From: an uncultured bacterium
GTDB lineage: Bacteria; SAR324; NAC60-12
Length of the DNA stretch: 50,577 bases
Assembly: GCA_965662235.1 (NCBI GenBank)
Contig: CBFIGY010000020.1
Span: 1-50,577 of the forward strand
Direction: 5' to 3'
The first letter of the stretch is position 1. Every line of letters begins with the position of its first letter. Shown one piece after another: positions 37,875-47,625 of the stretch. A program made the position numbers and the translations under genes. The notes beneath the pieces are model-generated. The model was not told the origin of the DNA and did not search any database. It saw only the letters and a program-made list of their open reading frames with translations.

Positions 37875-40661
37875 ATGAACCCTTTCTTCCGCCTGCTGCC
37901 GGCTCTTCTGCTCGTGACCCTGCTAACTTGGGGCGCCGCTGCCCCCGTTCACGCTCAAAAACGGAGCTCGCAGGCCACCATCAACCTTCCACAAACGCTG
38001 GTGCTCAAGGAGTTCATCAAGATCATCTCCAAGGCCACTGACACCGTCTTCCTCTACCAGGAGCAAAACCTCCGGGGGCAGATGTCCATCACAGCGCCGC
38101 AGAACCTGACGATCTCCCTAGAAGATGCAATGTTCTTCTTCGAGCAGATCCTTGCATCTCAGGGACTGACCATGGTGGATCACCAGGGAGGAAAGGTTGT
38201 GGAGATCCTTCCGGCAGGAGATGCTCGCTTCCGGAAGCTGCCGCTGTCTCAGGATGAAGACGGCTTTCTGAGCGGAGAGGGCTATGCCATGCGCCTCATT
38301 CGGGTCAAGCACGCGGACCTGAAACGCATTCAGGGGACGATTCAGCCGATCTTTTCCAAGACCGGGGTGATGCTCGTCTATGAACCCCTGGACCTGCTGA
38401 TTGTCATTGACGAGGTGGCCAACGTCAACCGGGTGGTGGAGCTGGTGGATGCGCTCGACATTCCGGACCCACAGGGCGTGGCTCAGCTGGTGACGCTCTA
38501 CCCCGTTAAGCACAACGATGCCGCAGAAATCCACAAAACGGTCACAGAGCTGTTTACCAATCTGGTCCGTAGCGGGAAGCCTCCGCAGTTCAAGCTTTTC
38601 ATTGAAGCCCGGCTCAACAGCCTGTTCATTGTCGCCGATCAGAACACCACCAACGACCTGCTGGCTCTGCTGGAACAGGTGGATGTGCCCGTCAAGGGAG
38701 CCGACCGGACGATTTATGAGCTCCGTTTCTCCGAGGCAAGCCAGCTGGTTCCGTTGATCACCCAGATCTTTCCCAAGACCGCGTCCCTCCAGCTGGTTCC
38801 GTTCACCCCCCTGAACGCCCTCATCATCATTGCCAACCCCACAACCACGGAAGAGGTCATTGCCCTCCTCAAGGAGCTAGACATCCCACGGGGCAACCGG
38901 CAGATTCAGCTGCACCGCCTGCAGTACGCCTCGGCAAAGACCCTGGCGCCTCTGCTCTCCAGCATCTTTGCCGACAAGGTCGTTGCTGGAAAGGGTGAGG
39001 GACAAACCGCCTCCGGAAGTCCGGTCAAGGTGATTGCGGAACCTCGGCTCAACGCCCTGATCGTCATTGCCGATCGCCTGGATGCCGAACGCGTCCTCAG
39101 CTTGGCAAAGGAACTCGACGTTTCCTCCACCGGTTCCGGAGAGGTACAGATTCGCCTGCACCCCCTTCAGTACACCTCGGCTCAGGTCATTGCACCGTTG
39201 CTCTCCAAGGTCTTTTCCGACCGAGTGGTGGCTGGAAAGGATGAAGGCCAGACGGCTTCCAGCAGTCCCATCAAGATCATTGAGGAAACACGACTCAACG
39301 CCCTGATCATCATTGCCGACCGCATTGAGATCACCCGGATCCTCAACCTAGTGGAGCAGCTGGACGTTTTTCAGGACAACGGAAAGGTGCAGAGCAACTT
39401 TAAGCTCTACCCCCTGAAGTACGCGGTGGCATCCGACCTTGCCGGACTGCTCCGGGAGCTGACCGGGCAGATCACCCAGGTGGCGCGGCAGGTGACCCCG
39501 GAGTCGCCTCAGACTCCTGTCACCCTGGAAGCCACAGCCAGCCCTGCGCAGGACATTTCCATCACAGCTGACACCGCCACCAACTCCCTGCTCATCTTTG
39601 CCCCTGCCGACACCTTCCTGACCTTTGATCAGCTGGTGTCTCAGCTGGACGTCCCCCGGTTGCAGGTTTACGTGGAGGCCCTCATCATGGAAGTGTCCCT
39701 CACCAAAAGCCTCAACCTGGGCATCAACTGGAAGGCGGCAGGCGCCACCGACAACAACCGCATTGTCACCGGAGGCTTTCCGGGAGGAGGCGCGTTCACC
39801 AGCGCCACCACGGGTGACACCTCTGCGGTGGCTTCCGCGGGTGGAGCCACGCTTGGCGTCCTCAATGGCAACACCATTGCCATCGGCGATCAGGAGTTCT
39901 TCAGCTTCGGAGCGTTCATCACCGCGACCAAGACCGACCAGGACGTGAACGTGCTCGCGAATCCGCAGCTGCTGATGCTCAACAACGAGGAAGCGAACAT
40001 CAACGTTTCCACCAATGTTCCCATTGGCACCAAGACCGTCACCGACTCCAACGGCGCCAAGACAACGCAGTACGAATTCAAGGACATCGGGATCCAGCTG
40101 ACCATCAAACCGCAGATCAGCGGAGAGGACAGCATCCGCTTGGAGATCAAGCAGGAGTCCAGCAACGTCTCTTCCCAGCAGTTCCTCAGTGCCGACCAGG
40201 CCATCACGACCTTCAAGCGCGAGCTCAACACCTCTGTGGTCACCGGCAACGACGAAATCGTGGTCCTGGGAGGTCTGATCAATGAGCGCTCCAACCGGGT
40301 CACTTCGAAGATTCCCGCCTTTGGCGACCTCCCGTTGATCGGCTGGCTCTTCCGGAACAACTCCGACGGCGTCGACAAGACCAACCTCCTCCTCTTCATC
40401 CGTCCCACCATTGTGCGGGATCAGCAGGACCTCGTCCGGATCACCGAACGCGCCCGGAACCGCTACGACCAAACGAACCAGACCCCGAACCTCAGCGATC
40501 AAGTCCGCAAGGACCTTGGCCTGCAGCGCATTACTCCTCAGGACCTGCTGGACAAGATGCCAGCCAATCCGGACGCCGGTGACGCTCCTTCAGAGGAAGC
40601 TCCTACGACTGAGGAAACCACCCCCGAAGCACCCACCTCTGAGGCTCCAGCAGCCGAGTGA
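37875..40661 (+). CDS. gspD: Type II secretion secretin with expanded N-domain array
   Basis: N0 plus repeated NxLII motifs; QVYVEALIMEV, LANPQL, DIGIQLTIKPQI, KIPAFGDLPLIGWLF, LLLFIRPTI. Confidence 0.9.
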   Translation: MNPFFRLLPALLLVTLLTWGAAAPVHAQKRSSQATINLPQTLVLKEFIKIISKATDTVFLYQEQNLRGQMSITAPQNLTISLEDAMFFFEQILASQGLTMVDHQGGKVVEILPAGDARFRKLPLSQDEDGFLSGEGYAMRLIRVKHADLKRIQGTIQPIFSKTGVMLVYEPLDLLIVIDEVANVNRVVELVDALDIPDPQGVAQLVTLYPVKHNDAAEIHKTVTELFTNLVRSGKPPQFKLFIEARLNSLFIVADQNTTNDLLALLEQVDVPVKGADRTIYELRFSEASQLVPLITQIFPKTASLQLVPFTPLNALIIIANPTTTEEVIALLKELDIPRGNRQIQLHRLQYASAKTLAPLLSSIFADKVVAGKGEGQTASGSPVKVIAEPRLNALIVIADRLDAERVLSLAKELDVSSTGSGEVQIRLHPLQYTSAQVIAPLLSKVFSDRVVAGKDEGQTASSSPIKIIEETRLNALIIIADRIEITRILNLVEQLDVFQDNGKVQSNFKLYPLKYAVASDLAGLLRELTGQITQVARQVTPESPQTPVTLEATASPAQDISITADTATNSLLIFAPADTFLTFDQLVSQLDVPRLQVYVEALIMEVSLTKSLNLGINWKAAGATDNNRIVTGGFPGGGAFTSATTGDTSAVASAGGATLGVLNGNTIAIGDQEFFSFGAFITATKTDQDVNVLANPQLLMLNNEEANINVSTNVPIGTKTVTDSNGAKTTQYEFKDIGIQLTIKPQISGEDSIRLEIKQESSNVSSQQFLSADQAITTFKRELNTSVVTGNDEIVVLGGLINERSNRVTSKIPAFGDLPLIGWLFRNNSDGVDKTNLLLFIRPTIVRDQQDLVRITERARNRYDQTNQTPNLSDQVRKDLGLQRITPQDLLDKMPANPDAGDAPSEEAPTTEETTPEAPTSEAPAAE

Positions 40662-40729
40662 AACCCGCAGGAGCACAGCGTTCGACAGAGCGTTGGCTTT
40701 TGAAGAAAATTCAGAAAAAACAGGAAGGA

Positions 40730-40750
40730 GAGGAGGCCTGAGGCCTCCTC
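40730..40750. terminator. Hairpin between convergent gspD and yeeE genes
   Basis: GAGGAGGCCT-G-AGGCCTCCTC inverted repeat with an A-rich run on its left. Confidence 0.45.
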
Positions 40751-40948
40751 GAAATGGCAGGTGTCAGGACTTCTGAGGGCCCTCAGAAGCCGGCTCCGGC
40801 TGAGAAGCCGACTCGGTTGCAGACGCCGAACCTCGGCGTGGCTGAGGCACCATTCAGGTCGAGACGCCCATCTTTGGCAAGAGCCAGCGCTGAAGCGCAA
40901 ACCAGATGACGTAAAATCCAATCAGGTACAACCAGTCCAAGTCCCCCC

Positions 40949-41398
40949 TTATGCTGCAGGAGAGGGTCGGAACATCAGCGCCTTGACGTGGTCAGAGATG
41001 TACATGCCCACGATCATGGTGACGACAAACACAATGGCGTTCGGATTCAGTGACCCCAGGGAGGTCAGTGCCGGTCCCGGACAGAAACCGCCGAGGCCCC
41101 AGCCAATGCCGAAGAGCGCAGATCCCACAATCAGGGGCCCATCTAGGTCACGACGCGTGGGCACCATGAACTTGGCGGCAAACAGGGGCGCCGGCGCCTT
41201 CATGGTCAGGTGGAAGAGCACGGAGTAGGTCACCACACCGCCGCCCATCACAAAGATCAGGCTCGGGTCCCAGTTTCCAAACAGGTCTAGGAAGCCAATC
41301 ACCTTTCCCGGTTGCGTCATGGTGCTGACCCCCAAGCCGACGGCAAAGAGCAGTCCAGACAGGAAGCTCGCGATGCTGAAGTTTCGTTGCTGATTCAT
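40949..41398 (-). CDS. YeeE/YedE-family sulfur transporter (second subunit, DUF6691-like)
   Basis: KVIGFLD..GNWDPSL, FGIGWGLGGFCPGPA. Confidence 0.9.
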   Translation of the reverse strand: MNQQRNFSIASFLSGLLFAVGLGVSTMTQPGKVIGFLDLFGNWDPSLIFVMGGGVVTYSVLFHLTMKAPAPLFAAKFMVPTRRDLDGPLIVGSALFGIGWGLGGFCPGPALTSLGSLNPNAIVFVVTMIVGMYISDHVKALMFRPSPAA

Positions 41399-41817
41399 TG
41401 TGCCACGCCTCCTACCAGGTAAACGGTGATGATTCCGGTCAACATAAAGGTCAGGGTCGCCACAATCGAGCGAGGAGCCAAGCGGCTGATGCCACAGATT
41501 CCGTGACCACTGGTGCAGCCACTTCCGATGCGCGTGCCCACGCCCACCAACAGTCCTGCAATGCCGGCAACATAGGCCGGGCGTCCGGACACATCGGCAA
41601 ACATATCTGGACTCAGCAGGTACAGCACCACGCCGCCGCCCACCAGTCCTCCCACAAACGCCGCGCGCCAGCCAAATTCACTGCCATTCGGGCGGATCAC
41701 ACCTTCCAGGATCCCAGAGATCCCAGAAATTCGGCCGTTCAGGAACATCAACAGCGCAGAAGCCGTTCCAATCAGAACGCCTCCAATCAGCGGCCCCCAA
41801 ATACTCATTTCTTGCAT
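41395..41817 (-). CDS. YeeE/YedE-family sulfur transporter
   Basis: GRISGISGI, GTRIGSGCTSGHGICG. Confidence 0.92.
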   Translation of the reverse strand: MQEMSIWGPLIGGVLIGTASALLMFLNGRISGISGILEGVIRPNGSEFGWRAAFVGGLVGGGVVLYLLSPDMFADVSGRPAYVAGIAGLLVGVGTRIGSGCTSGHGICGISRLAPRSIVATLTFMLTGIITVYLVGGVAQ

Positions 41818-41869
41818 GACAATCCTTCACAAAGGGTTGATGAACATCTCTAATCGGCCCAACTCAGCG

Positions 41870-42214
41870 TCACTCCCCGCAGTAAATGCGCTTGATCAGC
41901 TCAAACAGTTCCACCATCCGCTCATCAGCAAAGCTGTAAATGGAGTAGTTGGACTCCCGGCGACACGTGACAATGCCCTGGTTCCGTAACTGCGCCAAGT
42001 GCTGCGAGAGCGTGGTCTGCAGCAGCCCGGTGTAGTATTCCAGGTTCTGAACCGTCTGTTCTCCGGTCCTCAGAGCACAGAGGATTTTCAGACGGGCAGG
42101 GTGCGCCATGACTTTCAACCCCTGAGCCGCGCGGCCCAGGTTCTGCTCCTGAGAACCAAACATCCGGCTCAGGTCTTCATGGAGTGCTTCACATCGAGGA
42201 ATGGGCGCGTTCAT
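41870..42214 (-). CDS. Second SqrR/BigR-like ArsR repressor
   Basis: HPARLKILC ... LSQHLAQLR ... RIYC; AGGAG RBS. Confidence 0.85.
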   Translation of the reverse strand: MNAPIPRCEALHEDLSRMFGSQEQNLGRAAQGLKVMAHPARLKILCALRTGEQTVQNLEYYTGLLQTTLSQHLAQLRNQGIVTCRRESNYSIYSFADERMVELFELIKRIYCGE

Positions 42215-42231
42215 TGGGCATCTCCTAGTTT

Positions 42232-42266
42232 GTATATTTGAATAGTTAAATGTTTTTATGTCAAGT
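42232..42266 (-). promoter_or_regulatory. Promoter/operator region of the arsR-yeeE-yeeE operon
   Basis: Minus strand reads TTGACATAAAAACATTTAACTATTCAAATATAC; the last 13 nt are identical to 12648-12660. Confidence 0.6.
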
Positions 42267-42428
42267 CGAACTCATGCGACCGATTTCGATCGCTGGCGTT
42301 TCTTGTCATTTTCACGCACACTGGAGTTTTACTACGTTTTTGTGAGAAAAGCGACTGTGTCCGCATGACGCCTTCCGTCTTCAGTCTGTCAGCTCTGACC
42401 AGAACTTCAATTTTATCCCGGAGAACGT

Positions 42429-43352
42429 ATGATTCTGTCCTGCGGTGAAGCGTTGATTGATTTCGTGCCCCGCCTGCTTCCAGAAGGAGAAGCCACCTAC
42501 CGCCCTTGCCCGGGGGGCTCGCCTCTGAATACGGCCGTGGCGATGGCCCGCCTGGGCGCGCCGGTGGGCTTTTACACCCAGCTCTCAGAAGATTTCTTCG
42601 GACAGATGCTGATCGACCACCTTACCGCCAGTCAGGTAGACGTTTCACTGATTCCTCGAGTCGATCGTCCGACGACGCTGGCGTTTGTCAACACGGATCG
42701 GGAGGACGTCCGTTACGCCTTCTACTCACGGCACACCGCGGACTTTTCCCTCTCCACCGAGCAGCTTCCGGTGCTGTCAGACGACGTGACCGCGCTGCAG
42801 TTTGGCTCCGTTTCCCTCACTGGTGAGCCGGTGGCCACCGCTCTGGAAAACCTGATGTTCCGGGAATCAGAGACCCGTCTCATCGCCCTAGACCCAAACA
42901 TCCGGCCCAGTCTGATTACGGACCACCAAGCCTACACGCAGCGGTTTGAACGCTGGGTGACGCACTGCGGATTGGTCAAGGCGAGCGTGGAGGATCTGAA
43001 CTGGCTTTACCCCGGACGACCGCTGGAGCAGGTGGTCCGGGACTGGCAATCGCTGGGAACCGAGCTGATCCTCATCACCGACGGCAGCCGCGCGTCCCAT
43101 GCCTTTGGCGCCGCGGGACACGCCTCCATTCCGGTGGAACCCACTGAGGTTGTGGACGCTGTTGGCGCCGGAGACACGTTTCACGCCGGTGTCCTGACCT
43201 GGCTTCACGAACGCGATCGTCTCTCTCGGGCCGGACTCCGCTCCCTGACTGTGGAGGAAATGACCGAGTGCCTGCAGTTTGGCAACCGAGTGGCACGTCT
43301 GGTCTGCCAACGCGAAGGCGCCAACCCTCCGTGGAAGCACGAGCTCGCCTGA
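42429..43352 (+). CDS. PfkB family carbohydrate kinase (fructokinase-like)
   Basis: GEALIDF, PGGSPLN, DPNIRP, DAVGAGDTF. Confidence 0.92.
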   Translation: MILSCGEALIDFVPRLLPEGEATYRPCPGGSPLNTAVAMARLGAPVGFYTQLSEDFFGQMLIDHLTASQVDVSLIPRVDRPTTLAFVNTDREDVRYAFYSRHTADFSLSTEQLPVLSDDVTALQFGSVSLTGEPVATALENLMFRESETRLIALDPNIRPSLITDHQAYTQRFERWVTHCGLVKASVEDLNWLYPGRPLEQVVRDWQSLGTELILITDGSRASHAFGAAGHASIPVEPTEVVDAVGAGDTFHAGVLTWLHERDRLSRAGLRSLTVEEMTECLQFGNRVARLVCQREGANPPWKHELA

Positions 43353-43358
43353 CCCCTC

Positions 43359-44225
43359 ATGCCTGCCTCCTTCATCCTCCGCTCAGGCACCCGGACCCTT
43401 GACCTAGCACGTCCGCGCATCATGGGCGTGTTGAATGTGACCCCGGATTCCTTCTCTGACGGAGGACGCTTCTCCAGCACCGAGCAAGCCTGTGAAGCGG
43501 CCTTGGCGATGGTGGAAGCCGGAGCCGACGTCATCGACATCGGTGGTGAATCTTCAGGTCCGGGAAGCCAAGGCGTGTCGTGTGCCGAAGAGTTGGACCG
43601 CGTCCTGCCCGTGCTGAAACGCCTCCGGAGCCAAACCGACGCGTGGATCTCCATCGACACTTGGCGGGCGGAAGTTGCTCGGCAAGCGCTCGACGCCGGG
43701 GCGGATGTCCTCAACGATGTCACTGCGCTGCGAGGTGATCCGGAGATGCTCGCGGTGGCGGCCCAGCATCAGGTTCCGGTGGTACTGATGTACTCCAAAG
43801 ACACCTCTGCTCGCACGGAGGTCGCCTCTCCCTCTTATGATGATGTGGTTCAGACCGTGGTCGGCTTTCTGGAGGAGCGCCTGCAGGTTGCAGAAGCCGC
43901 AGGGCTGGTCCGGTCGCAGCTGCTGGTTGATCCGGGTCTGGGCTTCTTTGTCAGCGGCCATCCGGCGGACAGCTTTGCGCTGGTGCGACGTCTGGAAGAG
44001 TTGGGGGCGTTGGGGTCCCCAGTTCTGGTGGGACCTTCTCGAAAGTCCTTCCTGGCCAAGGTTTCAGCCCATCGGGAACTGGGGGTGCAGGAGCGGCTGA
44101 TTCCCAGTTTGGGAACGGCGGCGGCGGCGTTGGAGCGGGGGGCTTCCCTGTTGCGGATGCACGATGTCGCGGAGGCGGTTCTCCTCCGTGACACGTGGGA
44201 AGCCATTCAGGGGGGCGTCAGATGA
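43359..44225 (+). CDS. folP: Dihydropteroate synthase
   Basis: MGVLNVTPDSFSDGG, DIGGES, DPGLGF, SRKSF, RMHDV. Confidence 0.96.
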   Translation: MPASFILRSGTRTLDLARPRIMGVLNVTPDSFSDGGRFSSTEQACEAALAMVEAGADVIDIGGESSGPGSQGVSCAEELDRVLPVLKRLRSQTDAWISIDTWRAEVARQALDAGADVLNDVTALRGDPEMLAVAAQHQVPVVLMYSKDTSARTEVASPSYDDVVQTVVGFLEERLQVAEAAGLVRSQLLVDPGLGFFVSGHPADSFALVRRLEELGALGSPVLVGPSRKSFLAKVSAHRELGVQERLIPSLGTAAAALERGASLLRMHDVAEAVLLRDTWEAIQGGVR

Positions 44226-44379
44226 AGCTGCGTTGGTTACGACGACGCTGCCACTCTTCCATGCGCCACTCCAGGTCCGTCAGATCCACGGCGTGGCTGT
44301 AAAACTCCTCTTCCGGAGTCAGTCCAAGGTGAGGCAAATCGCCCCGAAACTGCTGCCACCACTTATCAAACAGATGCAT
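44218..44379 (-). CDS. 53-aa small protein, DUF3563-like
   Basis: Manual translation MHLFDKWWQQFRGDLPHLGLTPEEEFYSHAVDLTDLEWRMEEWQRRRNQRSFI; purine-rich RBS GAAGGAAGGAA; below the ORF-track length cutoff. Confidence 0.7.
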   Translation of the reverse strand: MHLFDKWWQQFRGDLPHLGLTPEEEFYSHAVDLTDLEWRMEEWQRRRNQRSFI

Positions 44380-44805
44380 TTCCTTCCTTCACTTCCCTAA
44401 AAAACGTTGAGGTCGATCCACAGGGCTCACCTCTTGGGTCAGACGTTCCTCCGGAAACCCAGCATCAGCTCGCAGACATCTTCGGCGCAAGGCCCCATCG
44501 ATTTTCCTGGTACATGAAGCTTCGACTTTATTTAAAGGAGGTGTCGAAACCAGGATTCCCCTAAAAGCTGATGCTGTGGAGGCGCTAACCACTCGGGTTA
44601 GCCTTAGTATGCTAAAACGATAAAGCGTCCGGACCGGACCGTCAAGTTATTTTGCAATTAAAATTGTTAAAACTTATTAAAGATATTATTTAAAATGAAA
44701 TGAAAGGGCGAGGGCGGCTTTTTAAGCGAAAGGCTCCTCCTTGATGAGCATGATTTGTGCATGTGGGTGAGGTCGATTTGAACTGGATCTCTTAACTGCC
44801 TCACC

Positions 44806-46119
44806 ATGAAGCGCGACCCTTCCACCACCAAGTCCTTTACCCCGGAGCCCTTGGCTCAAGATGAGCTCCTCCGAGGGTTTGAAGTCTTCAATCAGACCGC
44901 TCTGCAGCTCCAGAAGACCTACCGGGGGTTTGAGGAGCGAGTCCAGGAGCTCAGCCAGGAGCTCGCCGAGAAAAACAAGGAGCTGGAGCGCAACCTGGCA
45001 GAGAAGGAGCAGATGCAGCGCTACCTCTCCAGCGTCTTTGAGAGCACCACCGTGGGACTGCTTGTGGCGGATGCCGAAGGCGCTGTGACCTCTTTGAACC
45101 AGTCGGGCGCCCAGCTGCTGGGGACATCAGAGGCGTCGGTTCAGGGGCTTCCGTTGCACCAGGTGCTGGCCGGAGGCATTCACCCTTGGGAGTGTGAGCC
45201 CGGCGGCCTAGAAGAGCTGGTCCGGATTGAGGAGCGCGAAGCGGAACTGAAGCGTCCAGATGGCGACACTCGGCGGGTTCGTTTGTCCGCCTCTGCCATG
45301 CGGTCTTCCGAAGGAACCCTCACCGGTGTGATCGTCAACTTGCAGGACGTGACCGAGCTGAAGCGCCTAGAGGCCGAGGCCGAGCGACGCAACCGGATGG
45401 CCGGCATGGGCGAAGTGGCAGCCAGCGTGGCCCACACCATCCGGAACCCCTTGGGCAGCATTGAGCTGTTCAGCGGGCTCCTCAAGCAGGAGATCCGCTC
45501 CGAGCGTGGACAGGAGCTGCTGCAGCACCTTTCATCCGCGGCTCAGGGCATCAACCTGGTCATCTCCAACCTGATTGAGTACAGCCAGCCCAAGCCCCTG
45601 GAGTCCGGTCGGGTGCTGGATCTGCATGAGCTGCTGAAGCAGAATTTGAGATTTTCTCACCAACTGGTAGATTACGGACATGTTCAAGTTCGCTTGGATT
45701 TACAGGCGGATCACCCATGTGTGTACGGAGATGAGGAGCAGCTGAAGCAGGTCTTCTCCAACCTGCTGCTCAATGCCCTGCAGGCCACCCTGGAACCCGG
45801 GGAGCTCCGCATTGCCACCCGGAACCTGGAAAGCCGGAACCGCAAGATCCTAGATCGCTTCTCCTCAGGGGGAACACGCATGGAAGCTCTGCAGCTGCTG
45901 GAGCTCAGCTTTGAAGACCCTGGGGTAGGCATCCCAGCCGAGGTCCTTCCTCGCATCTTTGACCCGTTTTTCACAACAAAGGAGCACGGTGCTGGACTCG
46001 GACTCGCGATTGTCCGCCGCATCCTTGATGCTCATGGGGCCGTTCTGGAGGCCCACAGTCACGAAGGCGAGGGCAGCCGCTTGACCCTGCTGTTCCCGGT
46101 TCAACCCCCATCGGCATAA
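44806..46119 (+). CDS. Cytoplasmic PAS sensor histidine kinase (FleS/FlgS-like)
   Basis: Coiled coil, PAS, H-box VAHTIRNPL, N-box NLLLNA, DPGVG, FDPFFTTK, GAGLGL. Confidence 0.9.
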   Translation: MKRDPSTTKSFTPEPLAQDELLRGFEVFNQTALQLQKTYRGFEERVQELSQELAEKNKELERNLAEKEQMQRYLSSVFESTTVGLLVADAEGAVTSLNQSGAQLLGTSEASVQGLPLHQVLAGGIHPWECEPGGLEELVRIEEREAELKRPDGDTRRVRLSASAMRSSEGTLTGVIVNLQDVTELKRLEAEAERRNRMAGMGEVAASVAHTIRNPLGSIELFSGLLKQEIRSERGQELLQHLSSAAQGINLVISNLIEYSQPKPLESGRVLDLHELLKQNLRFSHQLVDYGHVQVRLDLQADHPCVYGDEEQLKQVFSNLLLNALQATLEPGELRIATRNLESRNRKILDRFSSGGTRMEALQLLELSFEDPGVGIPAEVLPRIFDPFFTTKEHGAGLGLAIVRRILDAHGAVLEAHSHEGEGSRLTLLFPVQPPSA

Positions 46120-46157
46120 CGCCGGTCCTTACTGCAATAGGCTCATAAGGAAGATTC

Positions 46158-47618
46158 ATGCATCCAATCCTGATCGTGGATGACGAAGTCGAAATGCGCA
46201 TCGCCATGTCGGAGACGCTCAAGCACTGCGGCTACCCCGTGGAGTTGTCTCACAACGCCTTGGACGCCTTGAAGAAGGTCAAGGAAAACGAGTACTCCCT
46301 CGTCATTACCGACATGACCATGCCCAAACGTTCTGGGCTGGAGCTGCTCAAGGACATCAAGAACCTGGACGCGTCCAAACCGGTCATCATGGTCACCGCC
46401 TACGCGACCGTTGACACCGCCGTGGAGGCCATGAAGGAAGGGGCGTTTGATTACGTCACCAAGCCCTTCAACTTCGACCAGTTCACCTTTGTCGTGGAAC
46501 GGGCCTTGGCCTATAAGGACCACAAAGGTTCTTCCACGCAACCGGCGGCACCGGTGGCCAAAAAAGCGTCTGGCACCTCGGAAACCTACAAAGACATTGT
46601 CACCCAGAATCAGGACATGCTGAATCTGCTGAAGGTCGCCCAGAACGTGGCCAACAGCAAGGCCACCATCCTGATTCAGAGCGAGAGCGGCACTGGAAAG
46701 GAGCTCCTCGCCCACTACATCCACCGCAGCTCCGACCGGGCCGCCAAGCCATTTGTCGCCATCAACTGCGCCGCCCTTCCGGAGACGCTGCTTGAGAGCG
46801 AACTCTTCGGCTACAAGAAGGGCGCCTTCACCGGAGCCAACACCGACCACCGAGGCAAGTTCGAGCAGGCTCACACCGGCACCATCCTCCTTGACGAAAT
46901 CAGCGAAATGGCCCTGCCCCTCCAGGCCAAGCTCCTCCGGGTGCTGCAGGAACAGGAGGTGGACAAGGTGGGCGGCAAGGAGCCCATCAGCGTGGACGTC
47001 CGGGTCATTGCCACCACCAACCGTGGCATGCTGGAAATGGTCGAGTCAGGGAAGTTCCGGGAAGACCTCTACTTCCGCCTCAACGTCATCCCCCTTGCCC
47101 TCCCGCCCCTCCGTGAGCGCAAGGACGACATCCCGGTCCTCGCAGACTACTTCCTCAGCAAGCACGCCCGGCTCAATCAACGAGACCGTCCCGAAATCAG
47201 CCAAGAGGCCCTTGACGTCCTCATGCACTACAACTGGCGCGGCAACGTCCGGGAACTGGAAAACGTGGTGGAGCGGGCCCTGCTGCTTTGTGACGGCAAG
47301 GAGGTCCAGCCCCATAACCTGCTCATGCACTCGCAGGCCGGCACCCGCAGCATCAATGAAGACCTGGCTGCTGCTGCTGGCGGAGCCACTGCTCCGTCCG
47401 CCACTCCTCCGCGGACCGGCAGTTCCCGATCCTCTCTTGGCATTGAGGTCGGAATGTCCATGCGAGAGGCCGAGAAGAAGCTCATCTTTGAGACCCTTCG
47501 GCAGACTCAGGGCAACCGGACCCACGCCGCACAGATCCTCGGCATCAGCATCCGCACCCTCCGGAACAAGCTCAACGAGTACAAGGCGGAGGGCGAAACC
47601 TTCGAGCCAGAAGCCTGA
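46158..47618 (+). CDS. Sigma54-dependent response regulator (FleR/FlgR-like)
   Basis: Receiver domain, ESGTGKE, GAFTGA, C-terminal HTH LGISIRTLRNKL. Confidence 0.93.
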   Translation: MHPILIVDDEVEMRIAMSETLKHCGYPVELSHNALDALKKVKENEYSLVITDMTMPKRSGLELLKDIKNLDASKPVIMVTAYATVDTAVEAMKEGAFDYVTKPFNFDQFTFVVERALAYKDHKGSSTQPAAPVAKKASGTSETYKDIVTQNQDMLNLLKVAQNVANSKATILIQSESGTGKELLAHYIHRSSDRAAKPFVAINCAALPETLLESELFGYKKGAFTGANTDHRGKFEQAHTGTILLDEISEMALPLQAKLLRVLQEQEVDKVGGKEPISVDVRVIATTNRGMLEMVESGKFREDLYFRLNVIPLALPPLRERKDDIPVLADYFLSKHARLNQRDRPEISQEALDVLMHYNWRGNVRELENVVERALLLCDGKEVQPHNLLMHSQAGTRSINEDLAAAAGGATAPSATPPRTGSSRSSLGIEVGMSMREAEKKLIFETLRQTQGNRTHAAQILGISIRTLRNKLNEYKAEGETFEPEA

Positions 47619-47625
47619 CCTGCCC

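Noticed and set aside
39348..40502. 384-aa antisense ORF within gspD (and similar long antisense ORFs at 31638-32954 and 35273-36634)
   Set aside because: Expected shadow ORFs of GC-rich, codon-biased genes; no recognisable protein features
44745..44762. Possible sigma54 promoter (TGAGCATGATTTGTGCA) before the sensor kinase
   Set aside because: The invariant -24 GG is missing (AG)
46753..47625. 601-aa ORF suggesting an N-terminally extended RsgA
   Set aside because: The extension is an off-frame overlap with the response regulator; the plausible start is ATG 47626
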